Positions 49,004 to 63,665 are shown, counted from the stretch's first letter. The stretch: DNA of 64,000 nt from Chrysomallon squamiferum (GCA_012295275.1 CM022671.1:22010001-22074000), one strand, 5' to 3'. Notes: generated from the sequence alone by a model not told the origin. Program-made: numbers and translations.

Positions 49004-50804
49004 TTTTTATAACTGAAGGATGAGGAAGAAAGGACAACAACAAAATAATTTCTAAGCTGTAAATTATGTTACAAAGAAAACACAGATGATAATGAAAATC
49101 ATGAATACTACATATGATTTACTTTTATGAGTGTGTGGTGTGGGTGTGTGTGTGTAAAATATATATATATATCTGTAATTATACATATGAACAGACAGGC
49201 ATAGTGTATCTTTAACTCAGGTTCAAGTGATAATGATAGTACCTATATGTTACCAATCTTTATAATCCTGTGGAACTACTTCAGTTTTTTTTTATATCTG
49301 TTGCCATTTCAAAATAACAACTGATAATAAAAAAATTTGATCCAGATCTTGTGGATTATTGTCCTTAGTGATCAATCTGTACTTTGTATTATTATTATAT
49401 TATTATTATTATTATTATTATTAAATGTCCATTGAATGTAAGGTTATACTGGACTGTATAAATTAACTTGAATGGTTTAACAAAGGTGCTACAGTCTTGT
49501 GTTCACCATTTTGTTTCCAAGGGAGACAAATCTGTAACTATACTGTTAATTTATAGATACATTTGTGTTAACATGTATTCCTGAAACTGTGAGACAGTAA
49601 TGAATCATTTTGAGTTTTCTTGCAATGTCTGATTGTTGATAATGGTTGATTAAAAATATGAAATTATTTGTTTCTTTGTTTTTTATTCTTTATTAATTCA
49701 GTAAGAAAATAAACAAACTTATTATTTATTTATTTTTTATTTTATTTTATTTTTATTTAATTATTAATTACACAGAATTAAGAAAAATACTTTAAAAATG
49801 TCTTTATGTCGATCTTCCTTGGTATTTTGTACCGTTGCTTACGACAGAAAAAAATAAGAACGCGAACATTCATCTTTCTTAAGAGATAAAACGTTATTTA
49901 ACCTTGTGAATAGTCCAGACGAAAGATAAGATGTTCCAAACTGGAGTATAAAGTGGCAAACAAACATTTCTTATTGTATCAAACGGAACCACTGATGGTC
50001 TTGCATTTCGGAGGTTTTTTTTTGTTGTTGTTGTTGTTTATAATCGGAGTTAACGAAAGGTTTATGGAATATGCGTTAATTTAAAATTTAAAATGTAAGA
50101 TTTAAAAAAAAAAATTAAATATTGTATTTATTACTATTGTTGTTGTTGTTTTAATTAAAGCATTTGTTTTGCAATGAATAACAAACTCAACGTAACTACA
50201 AAACATTTTATTATCAACCATAAATCTAATAGAAGGTAACCATATAAGTATTCTACGTGTATAATATACCTATATAACGTAATCTATGCACAAAATAAAT
50301 AACACAAAACACAACCGCACATAAACACCATGTACTGCATGCATTCCCAGAAAGTCTTGTGCATGTTCAGTTTCTTCCATAAATAATAATTTTTCCAAAA
50401 AAGATATCAGCAGTTCTTGAATTTCGTTACATATCTGAGGTTTTTCAAATTAAATAAATAAATAGTTTTTAAAAATTAACTAGTCGTACTATTCACAAGA
50501 TAAAAAAAAAAAAAAAAGTATCATCGTCACATCATAAATTAATAAACCATTTTTTTTTTTGTTTTAATGTATCTGTCTGTGTTTGTGTGTATATAGTTGT
50601 ACATACATCCATACATACATTCATATATAATTTGTAAGTTATTGTTAGTGTGACACAATATTTATCACGTCTGTAGACAATTTACTGATTCCATATTATT
50701 ATATCAGAATCGGCTTCATAATTTCATAACTATGTAATATTATATAACACAATATTTTATGATGATATGTTTTCAGTTATTAATATTGTGTTGTCTCTGT
50801 ATTT

Positions 50805-50960
50805 GAGGCATCTCTCCTTCTTTATCCAGTCCAACCGATGCTTGAGACAGGAAAAGGATTGTATCCTTCTTTCTGTGGAAAGACGCACATAAAAGACCCC
50901 TTTCTCCTAATCGACAACAGTATCGTATGCACTGAAGACATCGGGTTTCCTCTCGCTTGT
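50805..50960 (+). mobile_element. Decayed SINE central fragment
   Basis: tatccttctttctgtggaaagacgcacataaaagacccctttctcctaatcgac...cgggtttcctctc aligns with 15300-15390. Confidence 0.6.
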
Positions 50961-51373
50961 CATCATTATGCATGTTTTTTTTTTATAACAGTTAATAACA
51001 AAACGAGTTCAATTGTTGCTAACATTACATTGGTAAATTCTTCATATTTTACTGATGACAAATTCACAGAAATATATATATATATATTTGTGACCAGGTC
51101 ACCATGAGGAACATCGTATACATTAGAATTTATTGACTATGCAGTCATTATATTTAACTAGCTATTATATACTGAATAATAATTCACACGAAGAAGTGTT
51201 TGTGCGTAATATTTTGTTAGAGACACATTTTTGTTAAAGGTATCAAGTTTGTAAGAGTTAAAGATTCAACAATTTAATTACATGTATATGATTAAATTAT
51301 ATTAATTATATTTCAGTGATAATGATTAATATTACTAATTATGATGATAGTAGTAATAATAATAATAATAATA

Positions 51374-51418
<45 letters not shown>

Positions 51419-51754
51419 ATCTAACGATTATCTCTAGCTTGCCATATAACTAATTATTAGTATTTAACAATCGATCTGTTTTGTTGTAAATCTACATAAA
51501 TATACACATAACGTGAAGACCATTCTCTTAATGAAAGCAAAATATCGATGACAAGATGATTAAATCTCAAAATGGTGATAAAATAGTTAATTATTAGTTA
51601 CTCGTGTGCTATATAATTATACAATACTAAGGAAGCAGTTACAGTGTTGACTTTCATGTTGTCGTGAGTCCAAGAATCTGATAAGAAAGTAAACTTAAAC
51701 TGTATGTAAGCTAAATGTATATTATATTATATATACATATGCAGACAGACAGAC

Positions 51755-51828
<74 letters not shown>

Positions 51829-53873
51829 GAAAAGAAAATATTCCCCCAAACCATGAACCATCAGCGTATAGCCATTTTAAAAAAGCCATCAGACGTTTTG
51901 AACACAGAAATACTTCAATACGAAAATGGACCAAACTGTAAAAAAAATAAAATACGAGGTTGTCTCTAACTGTAAACCCAACTAGAGATCATGTAAGCGA
52001 TAGCAGACGTAGGTATTGTTTAAATGTCAGAACAACACAGCTGCCCAAAATAGAAAACATCCGCCAAGAAAATGAGTTCTGGCGTTGCTACCTGATCACG
52101 TAAGCAATATGGCCAAGACTGTGGTTCACCTGGCTTTTAGAAAACTGTACAACTTCAGCCTTTTGTTATTTTCACGATTACAGTGAACTAAAATAAATCC
52201 CTTGCTCATCTGTTTCACTGGTTTTGTAATAATACGTCTAATGACGACAGGTGAAACATTTAAACTATGTATGTATGTATGTGTGTATGTATGTATATAC
52301 ATCTCTATAGGTTTTCAGATATAAGTATGACTGTCTGTCTATATATATGTATATATGTATATGTGTGAATTGTCATGTTAAGTATTTATGATGTATGCAT
52401 GCATGTGTATGTGTATACATACAAGAACTGTTTTAAATAATAATTTCGTGTTATAGCACACAAGTGTTTGTCGAGCATATCACCCTGCCTAGTATCGCTT
52501 ACGCGCATTTATGTAATTATTTAATTTATTCCTGTAACAAAGATTTATATCAATAGCATCAAGACAAAATCGGTTCACATTTCAAATATACTGTTAACAA
52601 AGGTAAAGAGGTTCAACTATATAAGTATAGCCTGTTATACATATATAAAGAACAATGTAAAATTTTCAGAATATCTAATATTACCATTATAAGTTGAAAG
52701 CCCCATGTACGTTAAAATATATGTATTTGTGCTCTTTTATATGTGTTTGGGCTTTTTAAATATTCACATTTAGTCTTTAAGGCACAGATAATATAATTCT
52801 TAAAAAAATATATTTTTTGCTGCATGCTGCTGCATGTTGAAATATTTGTTGAAGTTTTTTTGGTGAATAATTGCTATGTTAAATGCATTAAGGCACAGTT
52901 TATAACGAACTATTACTGCCAGTGAAGTTAGAAATAGTCGTGTATTTTTTTTTTTTTTTGTTTTTGTATATTTGTTTTTTAATGGATAATGTATGTTTAT
53001 GCATTCAAGGCACTGTTAATCTCATGGTTTGTAAACATCTCAGGTTATCAGTAACTTCAGGAGTCGTGTGTGTTAAACTATTTCACATTTCTTGTTACTT
53101 CTGTTATAAATATTAGACGTTTACATTTTCGCAAGCTACGTGAAGATAAATATCTGAACAGAACATTCACTATTTTCTTTCATTCTGTCGTCTGCTATGT
53201 AACTGCTTGGACAAGTAATATATCACATCGTTATGACTTCTTGTTCTTGTTTTGTTGTTGTTGTTGTTTTTTATTAGTATTATTATTATTCTTTACGAGA
53301 AGTAATAAAAAAGAAATATTGTTTTCCATTCGTAACTTCTCGGTGCTGTCCGATAATATTCGGAATAATTCGGAACCGGTGTGCATAAGAAACTTCTTTT
53401 TCATGAAGTTCCTTCTCGTCTACACTGAGCTAAATTTGAAATCGACAGATAGTCTCTTTTTTAATCGTTTTATTGTTGTTGTTGCTACTTTTGTTCTCCT
53501 CATTATTATTATCATTTAAGTGATGTTCCTAATCTGTGTTTCTGTCACCTTTGACGTTAGATTAATGATAATTTGCAATATTTATTTTACCAATAGTAAA
53601 ATGAAAAAAGAGCAAATTCATAAGGCACTATTTCTGTCACGTTTTCAAAACAATACACAACTTCTCAAAACAAATCTTTTCCACATTTTTTTTTTTCTTT
53701 TAAATATCCACGTGACTACTGAGCTAATTTAGAACATTCCATCATTCAGAAGATTTCAAAACCAGACACACCATAGTACTACTTCTATATTACAAAACAG
53801 TAAAACAAAAATCAACTGCATCTTCTACCGTATTACCCTCCGAATTATAACGACATGCTGGGAAGTGTCAAAA

Positions 53874-53904
<31 letters not shown>

Positions 53905-54106
53905 CTAGTCTCAGCTTTATAAGCAGTAATGGTATCTGTAATTATACCACACTTCCTTGTAGGACTGGTCGTGACATTGCTGTCAAAATATAACGAATGT
54001 ATTTAATAATCCAATGACACTGAGAATCTGAGAATCTCCCTTTCTGAAGAGGCAGTCGCGCGAAAAATCCTGGAAAACGACGGTAACGACAGACCAATAA
54101 ATTTTC

Positions 54107-55355
54107 TTATTCCTTCGCTTCCGTTACCGGTTTGGTCGCGGGTTTTGGGGGAATTTCCGGCTGTTTTTTCTCTGGTTCGGGAGGCTGTCTCAACTGTTCT
54201 GGTTTTCTGGCCGGTTCTGGCGGCCTTTTTAGCCGCCTCCGTTGGTTTTCTGGCGGGTTCGGGAGCTTTTTTTGGTACTTCTACCGGCTTCGACTGCTGC
54301 TGTGGAATTTTGGACGGTTTTTCTGCGGCTTTCACCGAAGACGTGTCACGTGACCTGACTTCCTGTCCGTCTGTTCTGTCCGGAACGACTACTTCCTCCT
54401 CGTCGTGTTCGATCGCGTGGTCGAGTGCGCAGAGGTGCAAACTTTTGTTCCACAGATCTTTCGCCAGCTGCTTGTCTCGTCCTTTGTCCTTTATTTTCAT
54501 AAGTTTGCAGTTATAGAAAAGCTTCCCCGACTGGTCGCGTGCGGAATCTTTACATGCGCAGAAGACTACGGTCTGACAGCCAGAAATTGGATCTTTAAAC
54601 AGAATTCTTCCCATGGCGCGCAGCAATTGTCCTTTCATTCCTGGCCAGTTGCGCATCAAGTCGGTAGCCACCGCACCTATAGATATAAATAACAGAAGTA
54701 TAAATCAGTATACTATCAAACTATACTATACAATACCATCCTGTACTGTACTATTCTATACCATACTATACTGTACTGTACTATACTATACTATACTATA
54801 CTATACTATACTATACTATACTATACTATACTATATTATACTATACTGTACTATACATTTAAGCAAATACATTGGCATAGAGAAATAATTAATATTATTT
54901 CTAAATAATTATATAGATATTGCTGAGGATAAATATGATAAATGTTCTGGTTCTTTACAAAACATAATTTTTTGTTAAGCTAGATTTCAAATCAAAATTA
55001 AAAAAAAAAATCATCAGAATTTTTTTTTTTTTTTTACAAACAGTGTCCATAAGAATGTACTGCCAAAACAACAAGAATCACTCATAATTACATTTCGAAA
55101 AAAAAACATTAAAAAATAAAGTAAAAATGAACAGAATCAAGGGTACGGCAAAAACTTAATTTTAAAGAATATATTTTAAAATAATAAGAATAATAATAAA
55201 GAAAAAAGATAGAAGAGATGAACCAGGCTAACAAAATGGTAAAAGTAAAAAAAAAAAAAAAAAACAACATTAATAACAATTTAAAAAATCAAAAAACAAA
55301 AATAAAACAAAAAAATAAAATAAATAATAATAAAAATAAATAAATAATAAAAATA

Positions 55356-55387
<32 letters not shown>

Positions 55388-56294
55388 GAAAAATAAATAA
55401 ATGTAAAAACAACAACAACAACAACAACGTCGGGTAACGGCATTGTGAATACTGACCAGGGTGAACGGCCATGCTGATGACGACGTCGGAGAAGAAACGT
55501 CGATGACACTCAAGGTTGAACAGCATGTTCGCCAGCTTGCTGCGGGCGTAGGCGCCGTAGACGGTGTAGCCCTTGGACATAGCGATGTCGTCGAGATCTA
55601 AGCTGCCGTGTAAGTAGGCGTCCGACACCACGTTGATGACTCGACTGGGCGCGCACTTCCTCAGCGTGTCCTTAAGAAGCCAGGTAAGGTAGAAGTGTCC
55701 AAGGTGATTGACCCCAAAGCATCGCTCGATACCATTGTCCGTAGAAGCTCTTGGCCCCATGTAAGCTAAAATAAAAAATAAATAAAATTAGAAATTAATA
55801 AAATTAACAAAATATATATATATATATTTTTTTTTTTTCACTAAAAATGGGGATTTTTATTGATTATGAAATCCAATGAAGTCTGTATATTTTTTTTTAA
55901 GAAATATTAATTTTAAAAAGCGCTTTCTTAATAGTTATATCTATAATTACATGATGTTTTGAACGATGAAAAAAAGGTTATTAAAAATATTAATCCAAAT
56001 CTATCTCGAATCGCTTTATTTTCTTTATTTTTGCGAACGTCCGTTACAAACCTGCATTGTTGATGAGCACGTGCAGGTTCTTCTCCTTGTGGAGGAATTC
56101 TTCCACGAAGTCTTTAATGGACGACAGGCTGGCCAGGTTGAGGTGCGACGCAAACACGTTGGGGTTCTGCGTCTTTTTCATGATGTTTCTGGCCACGGCG
56201 TCCCCTTTGTGGCGGTCCCTCACGGCCAGGATTATGCGACCTCCTCTCTTCGCGAGTTCTAGAGCCGTCGCTTTGCCTATTCCGCTGTTTGCCC
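54107..56294 (-). CDS. Retinol dehydrogenase 11/12/13/14-like short-chain dehydrogenase/reductase, 5'-partial (last 3 exons)
   Basis: Exons (minus strand): 56294-56052 (GANSGIGKATALELAKRGGRIILAVRD...LHVLINNA), 55765-55457 (FGVNHLGHFYLT...SRVINVVS...YARSK...AVHPG), 54676-54107 (or to 54003 as assembled). Rossmann GxxxGxG and catalytic YxxxK are present. Upstream exon(s) were not found in the window. An apparent +1 frameshift lies at 54226-54230. Confidence 0.9.
54720..54856. repeat. (ATACT)n pentanucleotide repeat in the last RDH intron
   Basis: ctatactatactata... with ctgta variants. Confidence 0.9.
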
Positions 56295-56923
56295 CTGAAA
56301 CATGAAAATACAGGATTTTACCAAACCTTCATCGCGGACATGTTTGAGCAGACCCGACGTGCACACATTCTTAAACTGTTTTCCCGTGGATTTCAGAATA
56401 GTTTCAAATGACTGTGTAGTGATCCACCCAGACAATACTTTCACCTTACACATTTATGAGACATTTTATTTAATTAATTATTTATTTTCGTGTTTATTAG
56501 TTTTCATGCTGATTAAGAATGTATTGTAAATAGCATAAATACTTCTGTTTTTCGTTAATCCATTTATATTTACGGATATTCTGTTTTCATTTTTGTTGTT
56601 AACCTCTCTGCCCCCCCGCCCCCCCCCTCCGATGACATGAGTTTGTTGGCATTTCGTTAAAAATCAGAAAATATCTGCACTGCATCAGATGGTGTGGTAT
56701 GGACTATCTCCACTTCTGATAACAACATCAGTGAGCATCTGACGTACATGAATAAAATGCACATCAGTAAATGTTATAAACAGAAGAAAGGAAAAGAAAA
56801 ACGGTCGGTGTGAGTCATTCAAACTATTTTTAGAAAGGTAATACTTAATCGCAAAAACTTTGTGAAACGAACAGAGGATTATATAAACAGACTCTGCAAG
56901 TTTTTTTCTTCTTCCATTTTCTA

Positions 56924-56978
<55 letters not shown>

Positions 56979-57830
56979 TTCTTCCGGTTGACTGAAAATA
57001 TCTTATCCAATTTTCCACCGATTTAGAAGAATATTTGTCATTACTTGAAACTGCCAACTTATGGTAATCTCGCAGTTTTGATCTTCGCCTTGTCAGCAGA
57101 GGTTTTAACAGAACATTTTGCTACAATTTATTGTTTTCTGCTAGCACAAGTACAAAAAAAGGGAAAAAAGAGGGGGAAAAAAAGAGCTTTCTAAGAGCTT
57201 TGTGGCTTTTCAGATCAAGCAATTTGTCTTTCCAATCCTCATCGTTATAATTTTTTTATTTTGGTAGATCAGACTAAATCACAATGCTTCCTAATATCCA
57301 AAATAAAATGGCAAATATCAGAAAATAATGTCTTAGACTGTTGTTATCCTTGGTTTTGGTTTTTCAGTGAGGAAGATTTTTCTTTTTCTTCCTAGGTACA
57401 AAAGCTACATATTGTTGACTTGTAGACATCCATTACAATTAGGCCAGACGTAGCACAAACAAGCATGATAACTTAGGTGTCGGTATAATTCACTGTTAAT
57501 GATAACTATGTATCTGCAAATAAGTTTGATAATTCTTGGTTCAACACGGAAATGAGAACATTCCCGCCATGAAACCGGAGAAGTCCGGAATGTGTCGATC
57601 ATTAGTTTCGTTTATGATCGCTATTGCCTTCGGAATCATTAGCAATTGGGGTATGCGATTCGTTGTTATTTTCAGTTATTTACTTTCATGAGATAACGAA
57701 GACGATTATGATTTCTGGTTTTTAATTAGCTCGTGCACGCATATGTGTATATATATAAATAACAGATCCAGAATGTCGTTCATTTTAAACTTGTCTTTCT
57801 CTTTGAGCGTAGCCTTTATTCCACAATTAT

Positions 57831-57862
<32 letters not shown>

Positions 57863-58044
57863 CATTTAATTCCTTATCTCCATATTTGGAAATAATATCA
57901 CACACGTGACAAATCACTGTATTATGCAGACGGTTCTATGACTCACTGTAAAACAACGTACGTACACGTGTTCTGCATTTTGGTGCTGCCGCACTTCATT
58001 CATTTCATATATTTACTACTAAAAATAAATAAAATAAAAATAGA

Positions 58045-58078
<34 letters not shown>

Positions 58079-58379
58079 ACTAAATAACCGGAACACAAAA
58101 TAACGACTGAAAGTTTTAAATAAATAAATAAATTAATATTTAAAATATTAAAGACAAGGAAAGTGTTTAGAAACATAAATAAATAACTCGAAGGGAGAAA
58201 GCCACTAAAGATGAAAGAAGAAGAAGAAGAAGAAAAAAAAAAAAAAGAAGAGAGAAAGTTTGTAAAGCAAATATGTAATTAACTCTAAATGGGAGATAAA
58301 CGCCACCGAAGGAAAAAAAAAAAAAAAAAAAGGAAAGAAAGAAGAAAATACAGATTTTGGAACACAAACAGTTAACTAA

Positions 58380-58433
<54 letters not shown>

Positions 58434-58914
58434 ATTAATTTAGAAACTCAGACATGTCAAATTTAATTGGAACATCCAGTCCGATAAGAAAACTTTATTT
58501 CTACACTTATTCTTTGGTGTTTTCCACATATATCATTTCCGCACCTGAACGCACTTGAAATACCCTAGTGTATAAAGATGTCATTAGTTAACTAATATAC
58601 ACACGAAGCTGCACATTATGGTTTTATTTTTTTCTTTTTTTTTTCTCTCTTCTGAAACAGCTGAAAACAGAAGCCGACGCAGTAAATTAAGATACAAGAT
58701 TATTTCAGTCGATTTAAGTGATTTACCAAAAGTGAGGCTTTCTTCGGAAAAGTTTTTAACAATCGTTAAGTTGACCTCACTGGAATTCGGAGTCAGTCTG
58801 TTTCCAGATATGTTTTTTAGCTATTTTAAACGTACATTTCAGCTGCAGTTCACGGTTGAATGCTTGCACTTTAATACTGCAGACACTAGGATCGTTTCTT
58901 CACTTTGCTCGAGT

Positions 58915-58957
<43 letters not shown>

Positions 58958-59429
58958 TTTTTTCCCCCAGAACTTTGTTTTGCAATTTTGAATTGATTTT
59001 ATATATTTTATTATTTTTTTTTTTTTTTTTTTTTATTTTTATTTTTATTTTTATTTTTTTTTGTAAAAAGTCCGATAAACTATTGTCTAATAGTTTTTAA
59101 TTCTTCGCCGAAGGACGCCACCGATAACAAATAACAGATCCTTCACAGTGTACGAATTCATTTTTATATTTTTTTTTGTAAAAAGAATTTCCCACCGTTT
59201 GGATTTATTTATTTATTATGTATTTATTATTTTGGGAGGTTTGTTTGTTGTTGTTTTTTTTCTTTGCTTTTATGTAAGGTAAACCTGCTTACAGCAGAAC
59301 GGCATGTTTTCAATATGCCGCCAATGTATTTTGCAGATGCCCCATTAGCGATAACGACATTGCAATATCAACGTTATTATTACATTTACAGGTGTTCATC
59401 AATTTCATTATGATTTGAGAAAGAACAAA

Positions 59430-59670
59430 ATGGATGGAACTTCGTTTTATTTAACAACACATTTTTAATTTGGTTGTTTTCTGGCATGTTTAAGAACGAA
59501 GGGTGAGGTGTCGACACGCTATCGGATGCTCTGATTTAAGCACATTTTCACATGCATGAACGATAATACCACAGCCACTGGTAAACCAGTTCTGAAGCAG
59601 TGGATGGTCGAGATGAGGCGGATTAATCCTGCGAACGATAGCGCTTCAACACCATGTTCTAACTCCCAGA
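59430..59670 (-). mobile_element. Decayed, internally deleted SINE copy
   Basis: gttttatttaacaacacattt...ataccacagccactggtaaaccagttctgaagcagtgg...ggattaatcctgcga in reverse SINE order. Confidence 0.5.
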
Positions 59671-59720
59671 AATACTGCCAGCATTTTTTCAGTGAAAGTA
59701 AGATAGAAATAAATGAATAA

Positions 59721-59752
<32 letters not shown>

Positions 59753-60308
59753 AAATAAATAAATAAATAAATAAATAAAATAAATAAATAAACAAAGATA
59801 AATAAATGAATGAATGACTAAATAAATAAAAATGAATGAATGAACGAACGAACAAAAAAAAATAAATAAATAAAATTTCAAGCAGTTGTAATATTTTCTG
59901 TTTATCATTCAACGGTACAACGGTACAACAATACGTATACAGAGTGAGTAGGCATCTTAAGAAGAAATTCCATTACTTCGGCCTCTTGTGTCTCGAGGTG
60001 GTAGCATTAAACAGTTTCAGCGTATTGCTATTTTCTATCGATAACAAAAAAAAAGAAGGCCTGTGAACTCTCTTTCTTTAAATACAAAAAGCTGGAAGTG
60101 ACATAACAACCATAATTTTAACCCACAAAAACGTAGCCATTTAAGAATAAATTCACTGTTATTTTTATTTAGTAATGTGTATTATGTTTATGTATACCTG
60201 GTGTTCTTTTCTATTTTTTTTTTTTTTTTTTTTTATTTTTTTATTTTTTTTTTTTTTTTTATGGGTATTAAATTCCATTTCTAAAGAAAACCTATCCACA
60301 CAAATCAG

Positions 60309-60353
<45 letters not shown>

Positions 60354-60937
60354 AAGAAAGAAAGAAAAGTCGGTTAAACATGTAAAGGGGAGAAGGAAGT
60401 TTAGCAGACTACTAAGTTCGACACACAAGTTTAAAACCATTAATCTCTGCTTGAAAAAAAGAAAGAAAAAAGAGAACGTTTAAAAATTGCTTCCACATGT
60501 CGGGCGTGACGACCTCGTTTGCCTTCGCTTGGAAACAGTAGTACAAGGACATTTCATGCAGTTAAATAAATCGTGTGCATGCGCCCTTTGGCAAATGAGG
60601 CCGTCTTAACATTCCATTTCACGCGGTCTCGCTTTTTTTTCTTTTTTTTTACGAGCGTTTCTTTGTTTTTTTTTATTCTTCTTATTGCACATAACTTATT
60701 ATTTATGATATATTTGTGACAATTTTTTTTTTTAGTCCTCTTAACTGTGTTTATGGTTAGATGAAATGAAGGTATTGCTTTGAAGTTGACAACTATTCTA
60801 CTAGATAACCTGCATAATCGAATAGTGTTCTCTTTAATTGTTCCTCGTCTTTTTTTAAAACATTTTTTTTTTTTTTTTTAGTCTGTCTGTTTCTCTCTAT
60901 TTGTATCTCAGTCTATAATTATTATTTTTGTTTCTGT

Positions 60938-61031
60938 TTGTATATTTATCTATCAGAATCTCTGCTTGTGTGAACACGTGTCTGTTTTGTTTGTCTGTTT
61001 TCTTTATCTCTGTTTCTCTCTTTATCAGAAC

Positions 61032-61110
<79 letters not shown>

Positions 61111-61470
61111 ATACTTTCGTTCAACTCAGTATAAAAATCTGTATAGCTATTTACGTTGATGTGCAGTTTAAGACACACACACACACATACAAACACACAC
61201 ATATGGATACACATGCAAACAAAAGCACACAAGCCCACCAAAAACCGTTAATCTACAATTAATAAATTACTGTAATTATGAATTATGAATCTAATGGTAT
61301 CTGTTTATTTAATCATTAAAACTTCAAGATAGAACGGTGATTTAAAAATATTTCACCAGGTATCTTCAGAATGATTTTTTTTCCTTTACAGTTTCACAGT
61401 TATATTAATCTAACCAAAAAAGCTTATTGTATCCAAGCAACAAACATTCCAGGATTCATGGAAGAAAAAA
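60938..61470 (+). repeat. Diverged direct repeat, copy 1 (~530 bp, embeds (CT)n and (CA)n)
   Basis: Collinear with 63156-63665, e.g. tctaatggtatctgtttatt.aatcattaaaac.tcaagatagaacggtgatttaaaa and ttattgtatccaagcaacaaacattcc. Confidence 0.9.
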
Positions 61471-61579
61471 AATAAAAAATAAAAAATAAAACTAAGGATA
61501 ACTTTCTTTTCACTCGAAGAAGAATTTTTAAGACCAATAAAATGATCGAACAAAAATGTAATTTTTATATGCAATATAA

Positions 61580-61619
<40 letters not shown>

Positions 61620-63155
61620 CATTTCACCAAATTAAATCTAAAGATACTTGTGTTATCCTTTTGTTGCAGTAATTATTAATCTAATAGTTTATTAATTTAG
61701 TACGTATCTCATGAAAGGACTTGAAGACTAATTAATACAGAAGGGCGATCTATGAGTACTGAAAAGATTGGCATACCAAAACACACCAACCACCCCCACA
61801 ACCATCACCACCAACAACAACAATAATAATGTTAGAAAATCCAGTTTAATTTACTTTCCAGTCAAACATTGAGTTTATTTAAGAAATCGTAACAAATTTT
61901 ATTACAGTAAATGATTATAACAACAACAACAACAACAGCACCAAGAACAAAATCCAATATCGCCACCAGGATTGAGTACATCATTTAGATAATGTTTACA
62001 AGTGGAAGTATGTCTGTTGTAGGTAAGACAGACAGTTGGACTGTGGCCAGTGTTTTGCATGTTTCAGCTTTGAGCCAAGTTTCTGACCCGCTCTGACAAC
62101 AGGTGAAGTCAAATCGGGTTTTCGTTAAGCATAATTGGCTTGTTAATGGCACGTTTGCTTAAGACAGTTAGTTTTCTACACCGAAGCCTATTAGCGCAGT
62201 AGATATTCATTTAGACCCCATATTTAAGGGGACTTGTTATTATAAGTTATCACAGCAGTCGTCGCCGTCTTCATTTCGTTGCGTTCCCTCCTGAGCGTTC
62301 GTCTTCGTTACTGTGTTAACTGTGAAGTATTTAAGAATGTCCAGTCAACTTTCCATCCATCATGTTTAGGAGTTAATAAATAAATAAATGACAACAACAA
62401 CAACAACAACAATAACAAAATAGCAATGATAATTTTAAATAAATAGCAGAATGTATCTTACTCTTCAGGCTTAATGAAATAAAAAACTTTTATCACAAAT
62501 TTAAGTATACATCAGGAAAATCGGGTGTTTGTACATCCGTTCATTTATGTAACATCTTCTGTATAAATAATTATTCACTTTTTGGAACTTCGAGTCAAGA
62601 TATTTAATATTGTATTTTGTATAACAGTTCTGATTCTAGATATAAGTATATATCAACCTCAGTGTCTCTGTTTGTCCTATCTGTATTACTGTAAGTCCAT
62701 CTTTCTCGTTATATACTAGCTTTGAGATTTTGTCTTTCTTTTTATCCCGTCTCTTTACATCTACTAACTCTACCTTTACCTTCAGTACTAATATCCAAAG
62801 TGTTTTTAGTACGCATCACCAAGGCCGTCATTCCATCCTTTTAAACATCCATTACAAGTTCGCTTGGTTTTATTAAAAGACAATAGTTCGTTTGGTCAGT
62901 TGTGTGGAATTTATACGCGTAGTAATGTGTGTATTATACAATTTGCAATGATGTTGTTGTGCTGGTAAGTAAAATAACCTAATTATCAAGAAAGTGAAAA
63001 TAATGTCCGTCAGTGCGTCTGTAAATACTTTAAAAATGCCAGGTTATAGACGCAGAATAATGACAAAGTACCGACATTGATTCCGGACAATACCGGAATG
63101 TATCGATCGTTCACGTTCGTTAATTGTCGCCATTCTTTTCGGGTGTCGCCAATAA

Positions 63156-63209
63156 TTGTATGTTTATCCATCAGTCTTTCTGCTTGTATGTACATATGTC
63201 TGTTTTGTT

Positions 63210-63297
<88 letters not shown>

Positions 63298-63665
63298 ATA
63301 CTTTATTTCAGCTCAGTATAAAAAGCTGTATAGCTGTTTCAGTGAATGTGCAGTTTAAAAAACACAAACTCGAACGAACAAACACACATATACATACACA
63401 TACACATGCAAACACTATTGCACAGGCAAACCCAAGACAAAGTAGACTATAAATTAAATTGAATTAATAATAGCAATTATGAAACTTATAATTCTAATGG
63501 TATCTGTTTATTCAATCATTAAAACGTCAAGATAGAACGGTGATTTAAAATCATTTCTCCAGATTTTTTCAGAATGATTTATTTCGTTTACATTTATATA
63601 AATCTAACGAAAACGGTTTATTGTATCCAAGCAACAAACATTCCTTGGATTCAGAGAAGAAAAAA
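63156..63665 (+). repeat. Diverged direct repeat, copy 2
   Basis: Collinear with 60938-61470. Confidence 0.9.

Noticed and set aside
54132-56305. Plus-strand ORFs overlapping RDH, and other antisense ORFs over SETD8/SBNO1 exons (23758, 32777, 35519, 43187)
   Set aside because: They are shadow ORFs on the opposite strand of real exons
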